Source: Aeropyrum pernix K1 (GTDB lineage: Archaea; Thermoproteota; Thermoprotei_A; Sulfolobales; Acidilobaceae). From it: a DNA stretch of 32,000 bases. The DNA lies in NCBI RefSeq assembly GCF_000011125.1, contig NC_000854.2:540001-572000 (forward strand), given 5' to 3'. Below, piece after piece: positions 1 to 8,558 of the stretch. Both the position numbers and the translations under genes were made by a program. Numbering within the stretch: the stretch's first letter is position 1; each line of letters starts with the position of its first letter. The notes under the pieces are model-generated. The model was not told the DNA's origin. It made no database searches and worked only from the letters and a program-made list of their open reading frames with translations.

Positions 1-4
1 TCGG

Positions 5-478
5 GTGTACCTCGTTGCGGGGGGTAGCAGGAGGGATTACGCAGCAGGCCCGGGCTACAAGCTGCTCAGGGTAGATATACCCTACAGGGGGGTCGAGGTG
101 CCCGTGGCTGTTGTTAACGAGCCTGTCGATACCCCGGTCTACCCGCGGCTCAGCATTGTAGGGGATATACTCGTCTACGAGTCAAGGATTGACGGTCTGC
201 GAGTGGGCATACGTGACGTGTCGATGGAGTACTCTAACAAGCAGACCGTGGTTAAGGCGGTGGTCTATAACGAGGGGTCGGTAGAACTCAAGAGGATCTC
301 TATATATGTGCTGCCGAGTCCCAGGCACAAAGTATCTATAGATAGCCTAAAACCGGGCGAGCATAGGAGCGTGAGGCTACTTCAAGCTCCGGGCGATAGG
401 CCCCCTCAGTGGATAGCGGTTGAAGCGAGCGCCGCCGGCGTTCCCTTCTATAGGGAATACCCGATAAAGCATTCCTAA
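5..478 (+). CDS. hypothetical protein, 3' part (5' end probably outside window)
   Basis: Open frame from window edge to TAA; host-side flank. Confidence 0.6.
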   Translation: MYLVAGGSRRDYAAGPGYKLLRVDIPYRGVEVPVAVVNEPVDTPVYPRLSIVGDILVYESRIDGLRVGIRDVSMEYSNKQTVVKAVVYNEGSVELKRISIYVLPSPRHKVSIDSLKPGEHRSVRLLQAPGDRPPQWIAVEASAAGVPFYREYPIKHS

Positions 479-515
479 TTCCTGCAGAGAGGAGGATACT
501 AGGAGCAATAAGAGG

Positions 516-806
516 CTAAACTAGTAGCTCGCGGGGAACGCCCCTCTTCCTTACATACTCTCTCAGGGGCTCCGCAAGGTTATAGCAGCCCACACCCTCC
601 TCCAGAAGTCCTAGATCCACTAGCCTCGCTATAACCTCTTCAGGCTCCTCCACACCCTGATGCCTCAGCTCCTCCACAGCCTTAATCTCCCCCACCGATA
701 TGTTCTCGAAAAAATATTTCAGCACCCTCTTCTCCACCCTCCCCAGCGATTCCACCAGGGAGAATAGCTTGTCGACCCTCTCGTCCACGGGCAAGCCCGC
801 CCCCAT
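516..806 (-). CDS. small winged-helix-like hypothetical protein; likely start at internal Met (MGAGLPVDERVDKL) rather than at 989
   Basis: ORF 516..989 minus; the N-terminal 61 residues are low-complexity and overlap the Trm5-like gene, while the body is charged and helical with HTH-like spacing. Confidence 0.55.
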   Translation of the reverse strand: MGAGLPVDERVDKLFSLVESLGRVEKRVLKYFFENISVGEIKAVEELRHQGVEEPEEVIARLVDLGLLEEGVGCYNLAEPLREYVRKRGVPRELLV

Positions 807-846
807 GCAATACCCTATAGCCTTCGGCAGGATTTTATCATGTGTT

Positions 847-1725
847 ATGGAAGGGGAAGCCTTGGCTCTGCTGAAAGAGATAGCGGAGGAGGTGCTAGGC
901 AGGGACAAGGCAGCGCTGCTCTGGAAGAGGATCGATATAATAGGCGATATAGCAGTTATAAAGAAGCCTATACACGGCGGTGTGAGCATAGAGGATTTGA
1001 GGCTTGTAGCGGGGGAGCTCCTCAGGAGACTCCCCCACGTTAGGAGCGTGTGGCTAGCAACAGGTCCTGTAGGGGGGTTGTTTAAAGTCAGGAGAGATCT
1101 ACTGCATCTAGCCGGGGAGAAGAGGACCTCTACGGTTTACCGTGAACACGGAGCCGAATTCCTCGTAGATATATCCAAGGTTTTCATAACTCCCAGGCTC
1201 AGCTTCGAGCACCTCCGCGTGGCGAGGCTTGTTAAGCCTGGAGAAACGGTTGTCAACATGTTCGCCGGAGTAGGGGTCTTCTCGATAATAATAGCTCTCA
1301 AATCAAGGCCTAGCAAGGTCTATAGCATTGACATAAACCCTGATGCATATAGGCTGATGATTGAGAACATTAGGCTTAACAGGGTTGAGGATGTTGTAGA
1401 GCCGATGTTAGGCGATTCAGCGAGGATAGTGAGTGAGAGTCTAAGGGGGGTTGCAGACCGGGTGCTGATGCCCCTGCCCGACCTCGCTCTAGACTATATA
1501 GGACATGCTCTCGACGCACTGAGAGGGCGGGGCTGGCTCCACGTTTACCTCCATGTCGACTATGAGAGGGGGAAGGGCCACCTGCGGAGGGCGTGCAAGC
1601 TGGTGGAAGCAGAGGTAGAGAGGCGGGGCTGGAGAGTGGTTGAGGCTAAGGCCCGCGTAGTGAGGAGCGTAGGGCCCAAGCTGCTGCAGGTCGTCGTTGA
1701 CGCTGTGGTGAGGCGGGATGGGTAG
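847..1725 (+). CDS. trm5: tRNA (guanine37-N1)-methyltransferase, Trm5-like class I SAM methyltransferase
   Basis: Motifs VWLATGPVGGLFKVR, VVNMFAGVGVFSIIIA (SAM motif I), YSIDINPDAYRLMIENIRLN and MPLPDLALDYI are characteristic of Trm5/Tyw2 family; start chosen at ATG 847. Confidence 0.85.
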   Translation: MEGEALALLKEIAEEVLGRDKAALLWKRIDIIGDIAVIKKPIHGGVSIEDLRLVAGELLRRLPHVRSVWLATGPVGGLFKVRRDLLHLAGEKRTSTVYREHGAEFLVDISKVFITPRLSFEHLRVARLVKPGETVVNMFAGVGVFSIIIALKSRPSKVYSIDINPDAYRLMIENIRLNRVEDVVEPMLGDSARIVSESLRGVADRVLMPLPDLALDYIGHALDALRGRGWLHVYLHVDYERGKGHLRRACKLVEAEVERRGWRVVEAKARVVRSVGPKLLQVVVDAVVRRDG

Positions 1726-2284
1726 TATAGAGGAGGTGCTTTTGGAGGAGAGGCTCATAGGATATCTAGACCCCGGAGCCGAGAAAGTTTTAGCGAGGAT
1801 AAACAGGCCTTCAAAAATAGTGTCTACAAGCAGTTGTACAGGGAGGATAACACTGATCGAGGGCGAGGCTCACTGGCTCAGGAACGGGGCAAGAGTAGCG
1901 TACAAGACCCATCACCCCATATCCCGGAGTGAGGTTGAAAGGGTTCTAAGGAGGGGCTTCACAAACCTTTGGCTCAAGGTGACCGGCCCTATACTACATC
2001 TCAGGGTTGAGGGGTGGCAGTGTGCAAAGTCCCTTCTCGAGGCAGCTAGGAGAAACGGGTTCAAGCACAGCGGAGTCATAAGCATAGCTGAGGATTCAAG
2101 ACTCGTCATAGAAATAATGAGCAGCCAGAGCATGTCAGTACCTCTAGTTATGGAGGGTGCTAGGATAGTCGGCGACGATGCCCTAGATATGCTGATTGAG
2201 AAAGCAAACACTATACTAGTTGAGTCTAGAATCGGGCTAGACACGTTTTCAAGAGAGGTCGAAGAGCTTGTCGAATGCTTTTAA
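1718..2284 (+). CDS. taw3: tRNA wyosine-derivative biosynthesis protein, TYW3/Taw3 family
   Basis: IVSTSSCTGRI ... AHWLRNG ... WLKVTGPILHLRV ... NGFKHSGVISI pattern of TYW3; overlaps end of trm5-like gene by 8 nt, consistent with the wyosine pathway. Confidence 0.8.
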   Translation: MGSIEEVLLEERLIGYLDPGAEKVLARINRPSKIVSTSSCTGRITLIEGEAHWLRNGARVAYKTHHPISRSEVERVLRRGFTNLWLKVTGPILHLRVEGWQCAKSLLEAARRNGFKHSGVISIAEDSRLVIEIMSSQSMSVPLVMEGARIVGDDALDMLIEKANTILVESRIGLDTFSREVEELVECF

Positions 2285-2606
2285 AACTTTCCAAAATAAT
2301 GCAAAATCTAATCTCGTATAATTATACTTAAGACTGGATAGTAGATCGTGAACGCTGGGAGCAACTCCATGGCGCCCGAGCAGTATTGTACAGGTGAAAA
2401 GAATAAGAATTCTAAAAAGGAGGACGGCAAACCCTACTTTGACTGCAGCATATTTTAAACCCGGATAATACACGCCTCCCCGTCTATCAGTCTGCCCAGA
2501 CAGTCTCAAAACGATTTTTACGGGTCTACACCGTCTCCTAAACCTGCAGCAGCTCTGTAAACCTATAAGACCCCGCCCGGATAAGATCTGATACCACTGG
2601 GGCCCA

Positions 2607-2684
2607 GGGCCCGTCGTCTAGCCTGGTTAGGACGCCGCCCTTACACGGCGGAGGTCCGGGGTTCAAATCCCCGCGGGCCCACCA
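2607..2684 (+). tRNA. tRNA-Val (anticodon TAC), CCA encoded
   Basis: Acceptor GGGCCCG/CGGGCCC, anticodon stem-loop CCGCC-CTTACAC-GGCGG, T arm CCGGG GTTCAAATC CCCG(C), then A-CCA; D-loop TAGCCTGGTTAGGA. Confidence 0.93.
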
Positions 2685-2773
2685 GCGCATCATACAGGAG
2701 CCCCCTCCTACAATCACATAAACAACCAGCTACCCACTCGGTTTCTCAACCGGACATTCAATCTGCTATACGG

Positions 2774-4132
2774 TTGTTATACGCCTCTGGCTCCATGGAA
2801 GCGTATAGCAAGAATAGTACCGCCGCTCCAAGCAGTAGTCACGCCGAGGGGGAGAGCACGGCCGATGTCCTGGGCTATGAGGGGGTAGAGGTGCTCCCCG
2901 AGCCTAAGGACGTGCCGCAAGAGGCTAGACGCCAGCTTCTCAACCTGTTGGCCGAGAGGGGGAAAGTAAAGCCCTCGACTCTCGGTGTGAGCCGCGCATA
3001 CTTCTACCAGATGCGGAGGGGGCTACGCCCCATATCCGACTCTATCCTGGAGAGGCTTCTGGAGCTAGCTACTGACGACGACCTGGCCGGAATCCCCTTC
3101 TTCGCTCCCTACGTAGACTATCAGCGGGTGAAGGGTTACGATGTGGATAGGCTCGTTAGGCTGGTAGCCGAGTGGGCGAGGGCTAACCCTGCTAGCGCTA
3201 AGGTGTTCTTGGATAGCCTTTCAGCGGAGCTGGAGCGCCTGGGGCTCGTTGGGAAGGCTATCAAGGTGTCAGAACGGCATGTTAGGGAGTTTGAGGGCTA
3301 CCTCGAGGCGAGGGTTAGGAGCGGGGACATGGATCCCGGGACGGCGGGAGATAGGCTTAGGTACCTCAGGATGGCCCTCGAGGAGCTGGGCTACGTCCTG
3401 ACCAAGCAGGCTTTAAGGGGTTTAATAAGGAGGTATCAGGCCTCCCAGCCCGGCGTCGCAGATCACATATACAAGTCACTCAAGCTCTTCGTAAAGGAGG
3501 TGGTCCAGGACAGGGAACTCCTGGAGGCCATACCCTACCCGAGGGTTAGGTGGGGCAGCCCGGAGGCGCCTCAATGGAGTGATATATGCAGGGTCGTAGA
3601 AGCTCTCCCACACGCTGGTGCCCCTAGGGCCCTACTCCTGCTATTGGCATCCACAGGGCTGAGGGTCGAAACAGCCTACTCTCTACCGCTAGACTCGCTA
3701 AAACTCTCTGAGAGGCTGGTCTGGGTCTGGAGCCTTAAGAGGAGTAAGAGGACCTACTTCTCCTTCATAACCGAGAGGGTTAAAGGCGAGCTGGAGGTGT
3801 ATCTGGAAGCCAGGAGGAGGCACCTAGAGATCCTGGGTAGGGGCTCGGGCAAACTGTTCCCCTACAAGCCCCGGAGGCTCAGGGAGGCTATCTACGAGGC
3901 TATGGATAGGGAGCTGGGCCGGAGGTTCCAGCTGAAGCTCATTAGAAAGCGGGTGGCGGAGCACCTGAGCCACCACCTCTCAACCCTGGAGCTGAACGTG
4001 ATAATGGGCCACGCCCCGAGGGAGGTCGTGGAGAAGCACTACCTCCTCAGAGACCAGATCGAGGACCTCCGCAGAAAATACGACAAGGCTATGGCTAAGG
4101 TGCCGTGTCTAGGCGGAGGTGAGGCGGGATGA
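2774..4132 (+). CDS. tyrosine recombinase / archaeal provirus integrase
   Basis: Catalytic-region motifs: LASTGLRVETAYSL (Arg), RKRVAEHLSHHLSTLELNVIMGHAPREVVEKHYL (R..H..H/Y); begins 90 bp downstream of tRNA-Val; N-terminal HTH-like segment VKPSTLGVSRAYFYQMRRG. Confidence 0.9.
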   Translation: MLYASGSMEAYSKNSTAAPSSSHAEGESTADVLGYEGVEVLPEPKDVPQEARRQLLNLLAERGKVKPSTLGVSRAYFYQMRRGLRPISDSILERLLELATDDDLAGIPFFAPYVDYQRVKGYDVDRLVRLVAEWARANPASAKVFLDSLSAELERLGLVGKAIKVSERHVREFEGYLEARVRSGDMDPGTAGDRLRYLRMALEELGYVLTKQALRGLIRRYQASQPGVADHIYKSLKLFVKEVVQDRELLEAIPYPRVRWGSPEAPQWSDICRVVEALPHAGAPRALLLLLASTGLRVETAYSLPLDSLKLSERLVWVWSLKRSKRTYFSFITERVKGELEVYLEARRRHLEILGRGSGKLFPYKPRRLREAIYEAMDRELGRRFQLKLIRKRVAEHLSHHLSTLELNVIMGHAPREVVEKHYLLRDQIEDLRRKYDKAMAKVPCLGGGEAG

Positions 4133-4380
4133 GGGTTGAGAATGCTTCTCTAGGCGACCGCCTTTCTAGGCTGTCCGGCAAAATGATAAGGAGGGTCAGG
4201 CTGAGCTGGTGTAATAACGAGGAGCACCGTACCGTCGATATCTTCGAGGATTTGATGCACATGTTCCTCTGCGACGGCTACCACGTAGCCATAATCCTCG
4301 AAGACGGTACTGTGGTGGAGCTATTCGCGGACGATAACGGCCACATCAACATATACGAGAAGCGCGGGAAGGTGGGGTAG
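4129..4380 (+). CDS. small hypothetical protein overlapping integrase stop (ATGA)
   Basis: ORF overlapping the preceding stop codon. Confidence 0.6.
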   Translation: MRVENASLGDRLSRLSGKMIRRVRLSWCNNEEHRTVDIFEDLMHMFLCDGYHVAIILEDGTVVELFADDNGHINIYEKRGKVG

Positions 4381-4444
4381 AGTGGCTCTAGCCCTTCCCG
4401 GATCCTCTCTGAAGCCGCCATGCGGTGGGTGTGCCTGGGTGGGG

Positions 4445-4488
4445 GTTAGAGACCCCTTTTCCGGTGTTCTGTCGAGGGCTTCTCTAAC
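4445..4488. repeat. bipartite inverted repeat copy 1: GTTAGAGAC-N26-TTCTCTAAC (44 bp)
   Basis: Direct sequence match. Confidence 0.85.
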
Positions 4489-4518
4489 ACTGCGCATACA
4501 ACACTCGGGGTGGCCTGA

Positions 4519-4908
4519 TTGGATGTTGAGTACCAGCGTCTGTACGGTATCGAGTTCAGGGTGAAGGGTGTTCGGGGGTTGTACGGAGACGGCAGGTTCG
4601 GCAAAGCTATGGCTATAGCGGCATTCCTGAGAACCCTGTCTGTTCTCTGGTTCATGCCCAGGGGTATGAGGCCCCATGTGGAGGTGTCGAAGGACTTCGG
4701 CGATGTCTGGCTCGAGTGGAGCGGCGAGGGAGAGAGGCGTGTTTACATAGAGTTTATGCTATGCGGTGAGGGTTGCGAGTACGACGCCGAGGGTGTTCTG
4801 GAGATGGTTGGGTTCGACAGCAAGACGTTCCGGAGCCTGCTAAACGCCTTCCTCAAGGAGGCTAGGCTGAGGAGTCTCCAGGCTACTGCGCCTCAGGGTG
4901 TGGGTTAG
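4519..4908 (+). CDS. hypothetical protein, 129 aa
   Basis: Complete ORF directly abutting the next ORF (TAG ATG). Confidence 0.65.
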   Translation: MDVEYQRLYGIEFRVKGVRGLYGDGRFGKAMAIAAFLRTLSVLWFMPRGMRPHVEVSKDFGDVWLEWSGEGERRVYIEFMLCGEGCEYDAEGVLEMVGFDSKTFRSLLNAFLKEARLRSLQATAPQGVG

Positions 4909-5889
4909 ATGGCCGTGCCCCCCGCCTCCCGGGCCTGCCGAGGTGGCGGGGGGCGGGGCTGGGGGTTAGAGATTGTTCTGGCCGATCTTAGGCGGGGCTT
5001 CTCTAACCTCCTCGAGTGGGAGCTCCTCAGTATAGTCGAGCTGAAGAGGCGGGGCCTAGGCCTCTCGGAGATAGCCAAGGCGGTTTACGGGACCAGCAGG
5101 AAGAGGTACAGGGTCTTCCGTATTCTGAGGCGTCTCCAGCGCATGGGTGTTCTCGACTGCCTACTCGAGGGCTCATGTTGCGCCCTGGGTGGGGAAGGCG
5201 ACGGCGGCCATGTTGCGCCTGCCGAAGATGCGCAACATGAAGGCGACGACGGGAGCGGGGAGGCGACATCGGAAGCAACATGGGAGGGGCTGCCTGGGAG
5301 GCTGGGGAGGACTCAGAAGCTTGTCATAGCGGCTCTGGCTATCCAGCTGGAGGCCACGCCCAGCATGATAGCTGCCTACGTCAACCATGCATACGGGAAA
5401 CGGGTTTCCCGGAACGCTGTGTGGCACGCCCTCAAGAGGCTGTCAGCCCGGGGTGTCGTTGAGAGGCTACCCCGGGGCTACTACAGGCTCCGCAGGCTCT
5501 CCAGCGGCATCCTGGTGGAGAACCTCAGGGTGAGGGGTCGCATGGTATGGAGCACGAGAGAGGAGGGTAGGCCAGCCACGCTGGAGGAGGCGTTAATAAC
5601 GGCGGCACTCAGAGACAGGACGTGGCCCGTGGAGCAGGCGGAACTCCTCTCACACGGCCCCCGCAAGCTGCTGGAGAAGGCAAGGCTGCTCGAAAGGCTG
5701 GGCTGGAGAATGACGGTTATGTATATAGACAGGAAGAACGGCGCCCCCAGGCTGAAGCTGGAACACAGGCTCTGGAACACACCCATACCGGCAAGGCCGG
5801 AGGAGCTATACTCATGGGTAAACCTATACAGGGAAGCCTCATCACTGGCAAGAGACCTCGCCGAACACATACTAGCGCGCACACGCTAG
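4909..5889 (+). CDS. putative DNA-binding regulator with two winged-helix-like domains
   Basis: Two similar HTH-like blocks: LSIVELKRRGLGLSEIAKAVYGTSRKRYRVFRILRRLQRMGVLD and QKLVIAALAIQLEATPSMIAAYVNHAYGKRVSRNAVWHALKRLSARGVVERLPRGYYRL. Confidence 0.75.
   Translation: MAVPPASRACRGGGGRGWGLEIVLADLRRGFSNLLEWELLSIVELKRRGLGLSEIAKAVYGTSRKRYRVFRILRRLQRMGVLDCLLEGSCCALGGEGDGGHVAPAEDAQHEGDDGSGEATSEATWEGLPGRLGRTQKLVIAALAIQLEATPSMIAAYVNHAYGKRVSRNAVWHALKRLSARGVVERLPRGYYRLRRLSSGILVENLRVRGRMVWSTREEGRPATLEEALITAALRDRTWPVEQAELLSHGPRKLLEKARLLERLGWRMTVMYIDRKNGAPRLKLEHRLWNTPIPARPEELYSWVNLYREASSLARDLAEHILARTR
4965..5007. repeat. bipartite inverted repeat copy 2: GTTAGAGAT-N25-TTCTCTAAC (43 bp)
   Basis: Direct sequence match; inside the 5' end of the dual-wHTH gene. 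Confidence 0.8.
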
Positions 5890-5947
5890 CCCATGTTGCG
5901 GGCGGGGGGTTCGTGGGCGCGCAATATTGGGGTTTGTGGTTGGGTTT

Positions 5948-6649
5948 TTATTGGCAGATTCTTTTTATGTTGTTTATGCGTTCGTCTAGGGTGAGGGCTG
6001 GTGCTCCTAATGTGGTTTCGTGGCTTGTGTTGATGCCTTGTTTCTTTAGGTGGTTGAGTATTTCTGCGAATATTAGTGCTGGTTTGCAGCCGGTTGTTTT
6101 TGCTGCTAGTGTGTCTGCTTCTAGTTCTTGTTCTTTTATTGTTGTTGCTTCGTATTTTGTGGTTTGTGCTAAGAGGGCGAGTGAGATTATTATTAGTAGT
6201 AGGTTGGCGGTGGGTTTTTCACTTTTCTTTGTTCTGTTTAGGTTTTTGATTGAGTCTTTGAGGCTGTCGAAGCTTATTTTGGTTAGTTGTCTTGTCGTGT
6301 AGGATGCGATGGCGTGGTTCTTCACTATATGGGCTACTTCGTGTGCTACGATGAATTTTATAACCTCTTCTGGCAGCTTATCCGCTAGTTCTCTACGGAT
6401 AAACACTATTCCGTAGCCGCCTAGTCCTATGGAGAATGCGAGCTCGTAGGCTGGTAGCTTTTCGTTCTCTTTAAACAGCGCCACTATTATTATGCCTCTT
6501 GAGCCCATTCTGGAGGCTAGTTCTTGTGCTAATGCTGTGTATTTGATGTCTAAGTTAGATAAGGCGAGGAGCAGAAGATCTATTAGCTCATCCTCCACAC
6601 TTCTTTCGCTCAACTGCCTATTCCGACCTAAGTTTTTGGGGTGCTTCAT
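5948..6649 (-). CDS. M48-family (HtpX-like) zinc metallopeptidase
   Basis: Zinc motif FIVAHEVAHIVKNH plus downstream hydrophobic segment and EQELEADTLAAKTTG; ATG at 6649 preferred over TTG at 6655. Confidence 0.85.
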   Translation of the reverse strand: MKHPKNLGRNRQLSERSVEDELIDLLLLALSNLDIKYTALAQELASRMGSRGIIIVALFKENEKLPAYELAFSIGLGGYGIVFIRRELADKLPEEVIKFIVAHEVAHIVKNHAIASYTTRQLTKISFDSLKDSIKNLNRTKKSEKPTANLLLIIISLALLAQTTKYEATTIKEQELEADTLAAKTTGCKPALIFAEILNHLKKQGINTSHETTLGAPALTLDERINNIKRICQ

Positions 6650-6689
6650 GTTCAAGATCCACTCAGCTTTTAAAGATAGTGCGTTATAC

Positions 6690-6825
6690 TATATAATATG
6701 TTAGAGAAGGTATTACCGCTATGCTGTGAAGTTTTCTCTAACACGTGCTGGTGGTGTGAGCCCGATGCGAGCCTCGATCATAAATACCGTAGCCATGTAA
6801 CATGACATCTATACTGCTTAGACTT
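6690..6825. repeat. intergenic repeat A, homologous to 9381..9525
   Basis: Shared blocks TATATAAT, CTATGCTG, TTCTCTAACAC, GAGCCCG, TTGTAA/ATGTAA and ATACTGCTTA..GACTT in the same order. Confidence 0.65.
6700..6742. repeat. bipartite inverted repeat copy 3 (43 bp)
   Basis: GTTAGAGAAGGTATTACCGCTATGCTGTGAAGTTTTCTCTAAC. Confidence 0.9.
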
Positions 6826-6879
6826 ACTCCAAATGAACCCACCCCACCTAGAGTTACGGCTTCCGGCCACGATGTAGGG

Positions 6880-6895
6880 AAGGGAGTTTTCCCTT
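6880..6895. other. perfect short hairpin AAGGGA-GTTT-TCCCTT in noncoding region
   Basis: Direct sequence. Confidence 0.4.
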
Positions 6896-7021
6896 GTTTC
6901 CAGCCTAGCACCCTCTGGGGAGGTTCCGATTTTATTATTCTAGGGTTTTTCTGGGTGCCTCCTATAGTATTAGGAGTCATGGTGGCAAAGGCTGCATGTT
7001 AGAGTTTCCGATTACGTCGCG

Positions 7022-8005
7022 TTGCAGAGGCCTGGGTTGAGATATGGACTGTTTCTCATTATATCCGGTGGGGCGGCCTTGGTTCTGAGCTTCAATATTG
7101 AAGGACGGTTGTCCGAAGTCCTCATGGCTATTAGTGCGACCCTAACGGCCTCGGGTGCGATAATAGCCGCCCAGTCCTTGGCTCAACTGGAGATTCAAGA
7201 AGCCTTAGAGAGCAGAAGGGAGCATAAGAAAAGACTTGATAAGTTGGCAGAGCGTATCATCAGAGGTGACGCTGGTAGGATTGTATCTAACGCTATAGGG
7301 TTAGAGAAAACAAAATTTGACATACTCTATTCAGAACCCTGCGATACACTTGAAGCATTGAAAGACGAGGAGCCTTATCTCCTGAAGGATCTAGACACTC
7401 ATCTTGAAGGTAAGCCTATAAGTAAACTGCTAGATGTTTGCAGGAAGCATAAAAAGTCGGTAAAATCTTTAGATGAAGAATTGGATGAGATAGCTTCCAG
7501 AGTAGTTGATTTTGTGGTGCAGGAACTTGGACAGCAGTATAAAATTCTGGAAACGTATGACAATTCGTTTAAAGAATTCGTTAAAACTAAAGTATTAGCA
7601 CCCACTATAAGAACCATACATAATAATGAGTCTCAATGGACGCTTGAGAATATAGTAAAAGAAGCACGTAGAATACAGGATGAAATAAAGATGGAAGTGA
7701 AATTGAAGGATACGTACAAAGGGGGTATGTCAGGCATAGATGTATACATGTACGCGTTCAAGCTAGTATATGTTAAAGCTCATTTGCCGACAGAGGGTCC
7801 AGCCGTTCGCAATAACGTTCTGAGAGTGTTTAAAGAGGTATTTGAACAAAAGCTGGCCAGCTATGCCAAAGACCTAGTAGATAAGGTGGAGGAGACTTCA
7901 TCATTAACGCGCAGTGCAGAAGAAATCAAGAAGCTAACGGTAAATCGTTTATACGAACTGAGGGAAAAAACGTATCTTCCAAACCTCTGCCAGTACGTAA
8001 AGTAA
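7022..8005 (+). CDS. membrane protein with N-terminal hydrophobic hairpin and long charged helical domain, unknown function
   Basis: ORF; YGLFLIISGGAALVLSF / VLMAISATLTASGAIIAAQSLA then coiled-coil-like sequence. Confidence 0.75.
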   Translation: MQRPGLRYGLFLIISGGAALVLSFNIEGRLSEVLMAISATLTASGAIIAAQSLAQLEIQEALESRREHKKRLDKLAERIIRGDAGRIVSNAIGLEKTKFDILYSEPCDTLEALKDEEPYLLKDLDTHLEGKPISKLLDVCRKHKKSVKSLDEELDEIASRVVDFVVQELGQQYKILETYDNSFKEFVKTKVLAPTIRTIHNNESQWTLENIVKEARRIQDEIKMEVKLKDTYKGGMSGIDVYMYAFKLVYVKAHLPTEGPAVRNNVLRVFKEVFEQKLASYAKDLVDKVEETSSLTRSAEEIKKLTVNRLYELREKTYLPNLCQYVK

Positions 8006-8225
8006 AATAGCGTTACTTCAAAGGGAGCCTTGCACTGCCTACCTATGTAAAACTTTGGTCGTCTTGGGCTCCTTGATTCATTATTTGAACATTATATATC
8101 ACACCCGTTAATCATCGTGTTATTAAAGCTTTGCCAGCTATGGTTGGAGAAGTCAGCTCATAACATACTCAACCATCTCTTTAAACCCTGGATGGGCCCT
8201 GGAGGTTCTGTCTGCTTGCCTGGCT

Positions 8226-8417
8226 GTGGTGGGGCTCGGGGCCCAGGTTAGGGTTTTGAGGGGGTTGTTGGAGCTGTATCATGCTAGGTTGCCCGGCGAT
8301 GTTAAACGCGGTATAGTGGATATGTTGGATGAAGCCGAGGCTTTGAAGGCCGTCTTGAAGCGGGAGCTGGATCCGGTTTTGCGTAGGCTCGGAGACAAGG
8401 TGTTAGAGAACGGTTAG
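8226..8417 (+). CDS. small hypothetical protein (63 aa); 3' end lies in inverted-repeat copy 4
   Basis: Short amphipathic ORF; the final codons GTG TTA GAG AAC GGT TAG include the repeat arm. Confidence 0.4.
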   Translation: MVGLGAQVRVLRGLLELYHARLPGDVKRGIVDMLDEAEALKAVLKRELDPVLRRLGDKVLENG

Positions 8418-8444
8418 CCTGGGTTGCCTGTCCTGTTCTCTAAC
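8402..8444. repeat. bipartite inverted repeat copy 4 (43 bp)
   Basis: GTTAGAGAACGGTTAGCCTGGGTTGCCTGTCCTGTTCTCTAAC. Confidence 0.9.
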
Positions 8445-8558
8445 ACCCTGGAGTCTAGGGTCTAGGCATGGTGTTAGAGGGAGGCTTTTTGCTCCAAGCT
8501 GGATGCTTTCTATTACTCATGTATGATGCATAGTATTAGATGTTTGATAAAAGAATGG

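Noticed and set aside
5622-6302. 226-aa plus-strand ORF
   Set aside because: Overlaps both the wHTH gene and the M48 gene in other frames; its translation changes character where each gene is overlapped, consistent with a shadow.
7300-7308. GTTAGAGAA occurrence inside the 7022..8005 gene
   Set aside because: No TTCTCTAAC partner at the fixed distance; the nearby TATCTAAC is upstream in the wrong arrangement, so probably chance.
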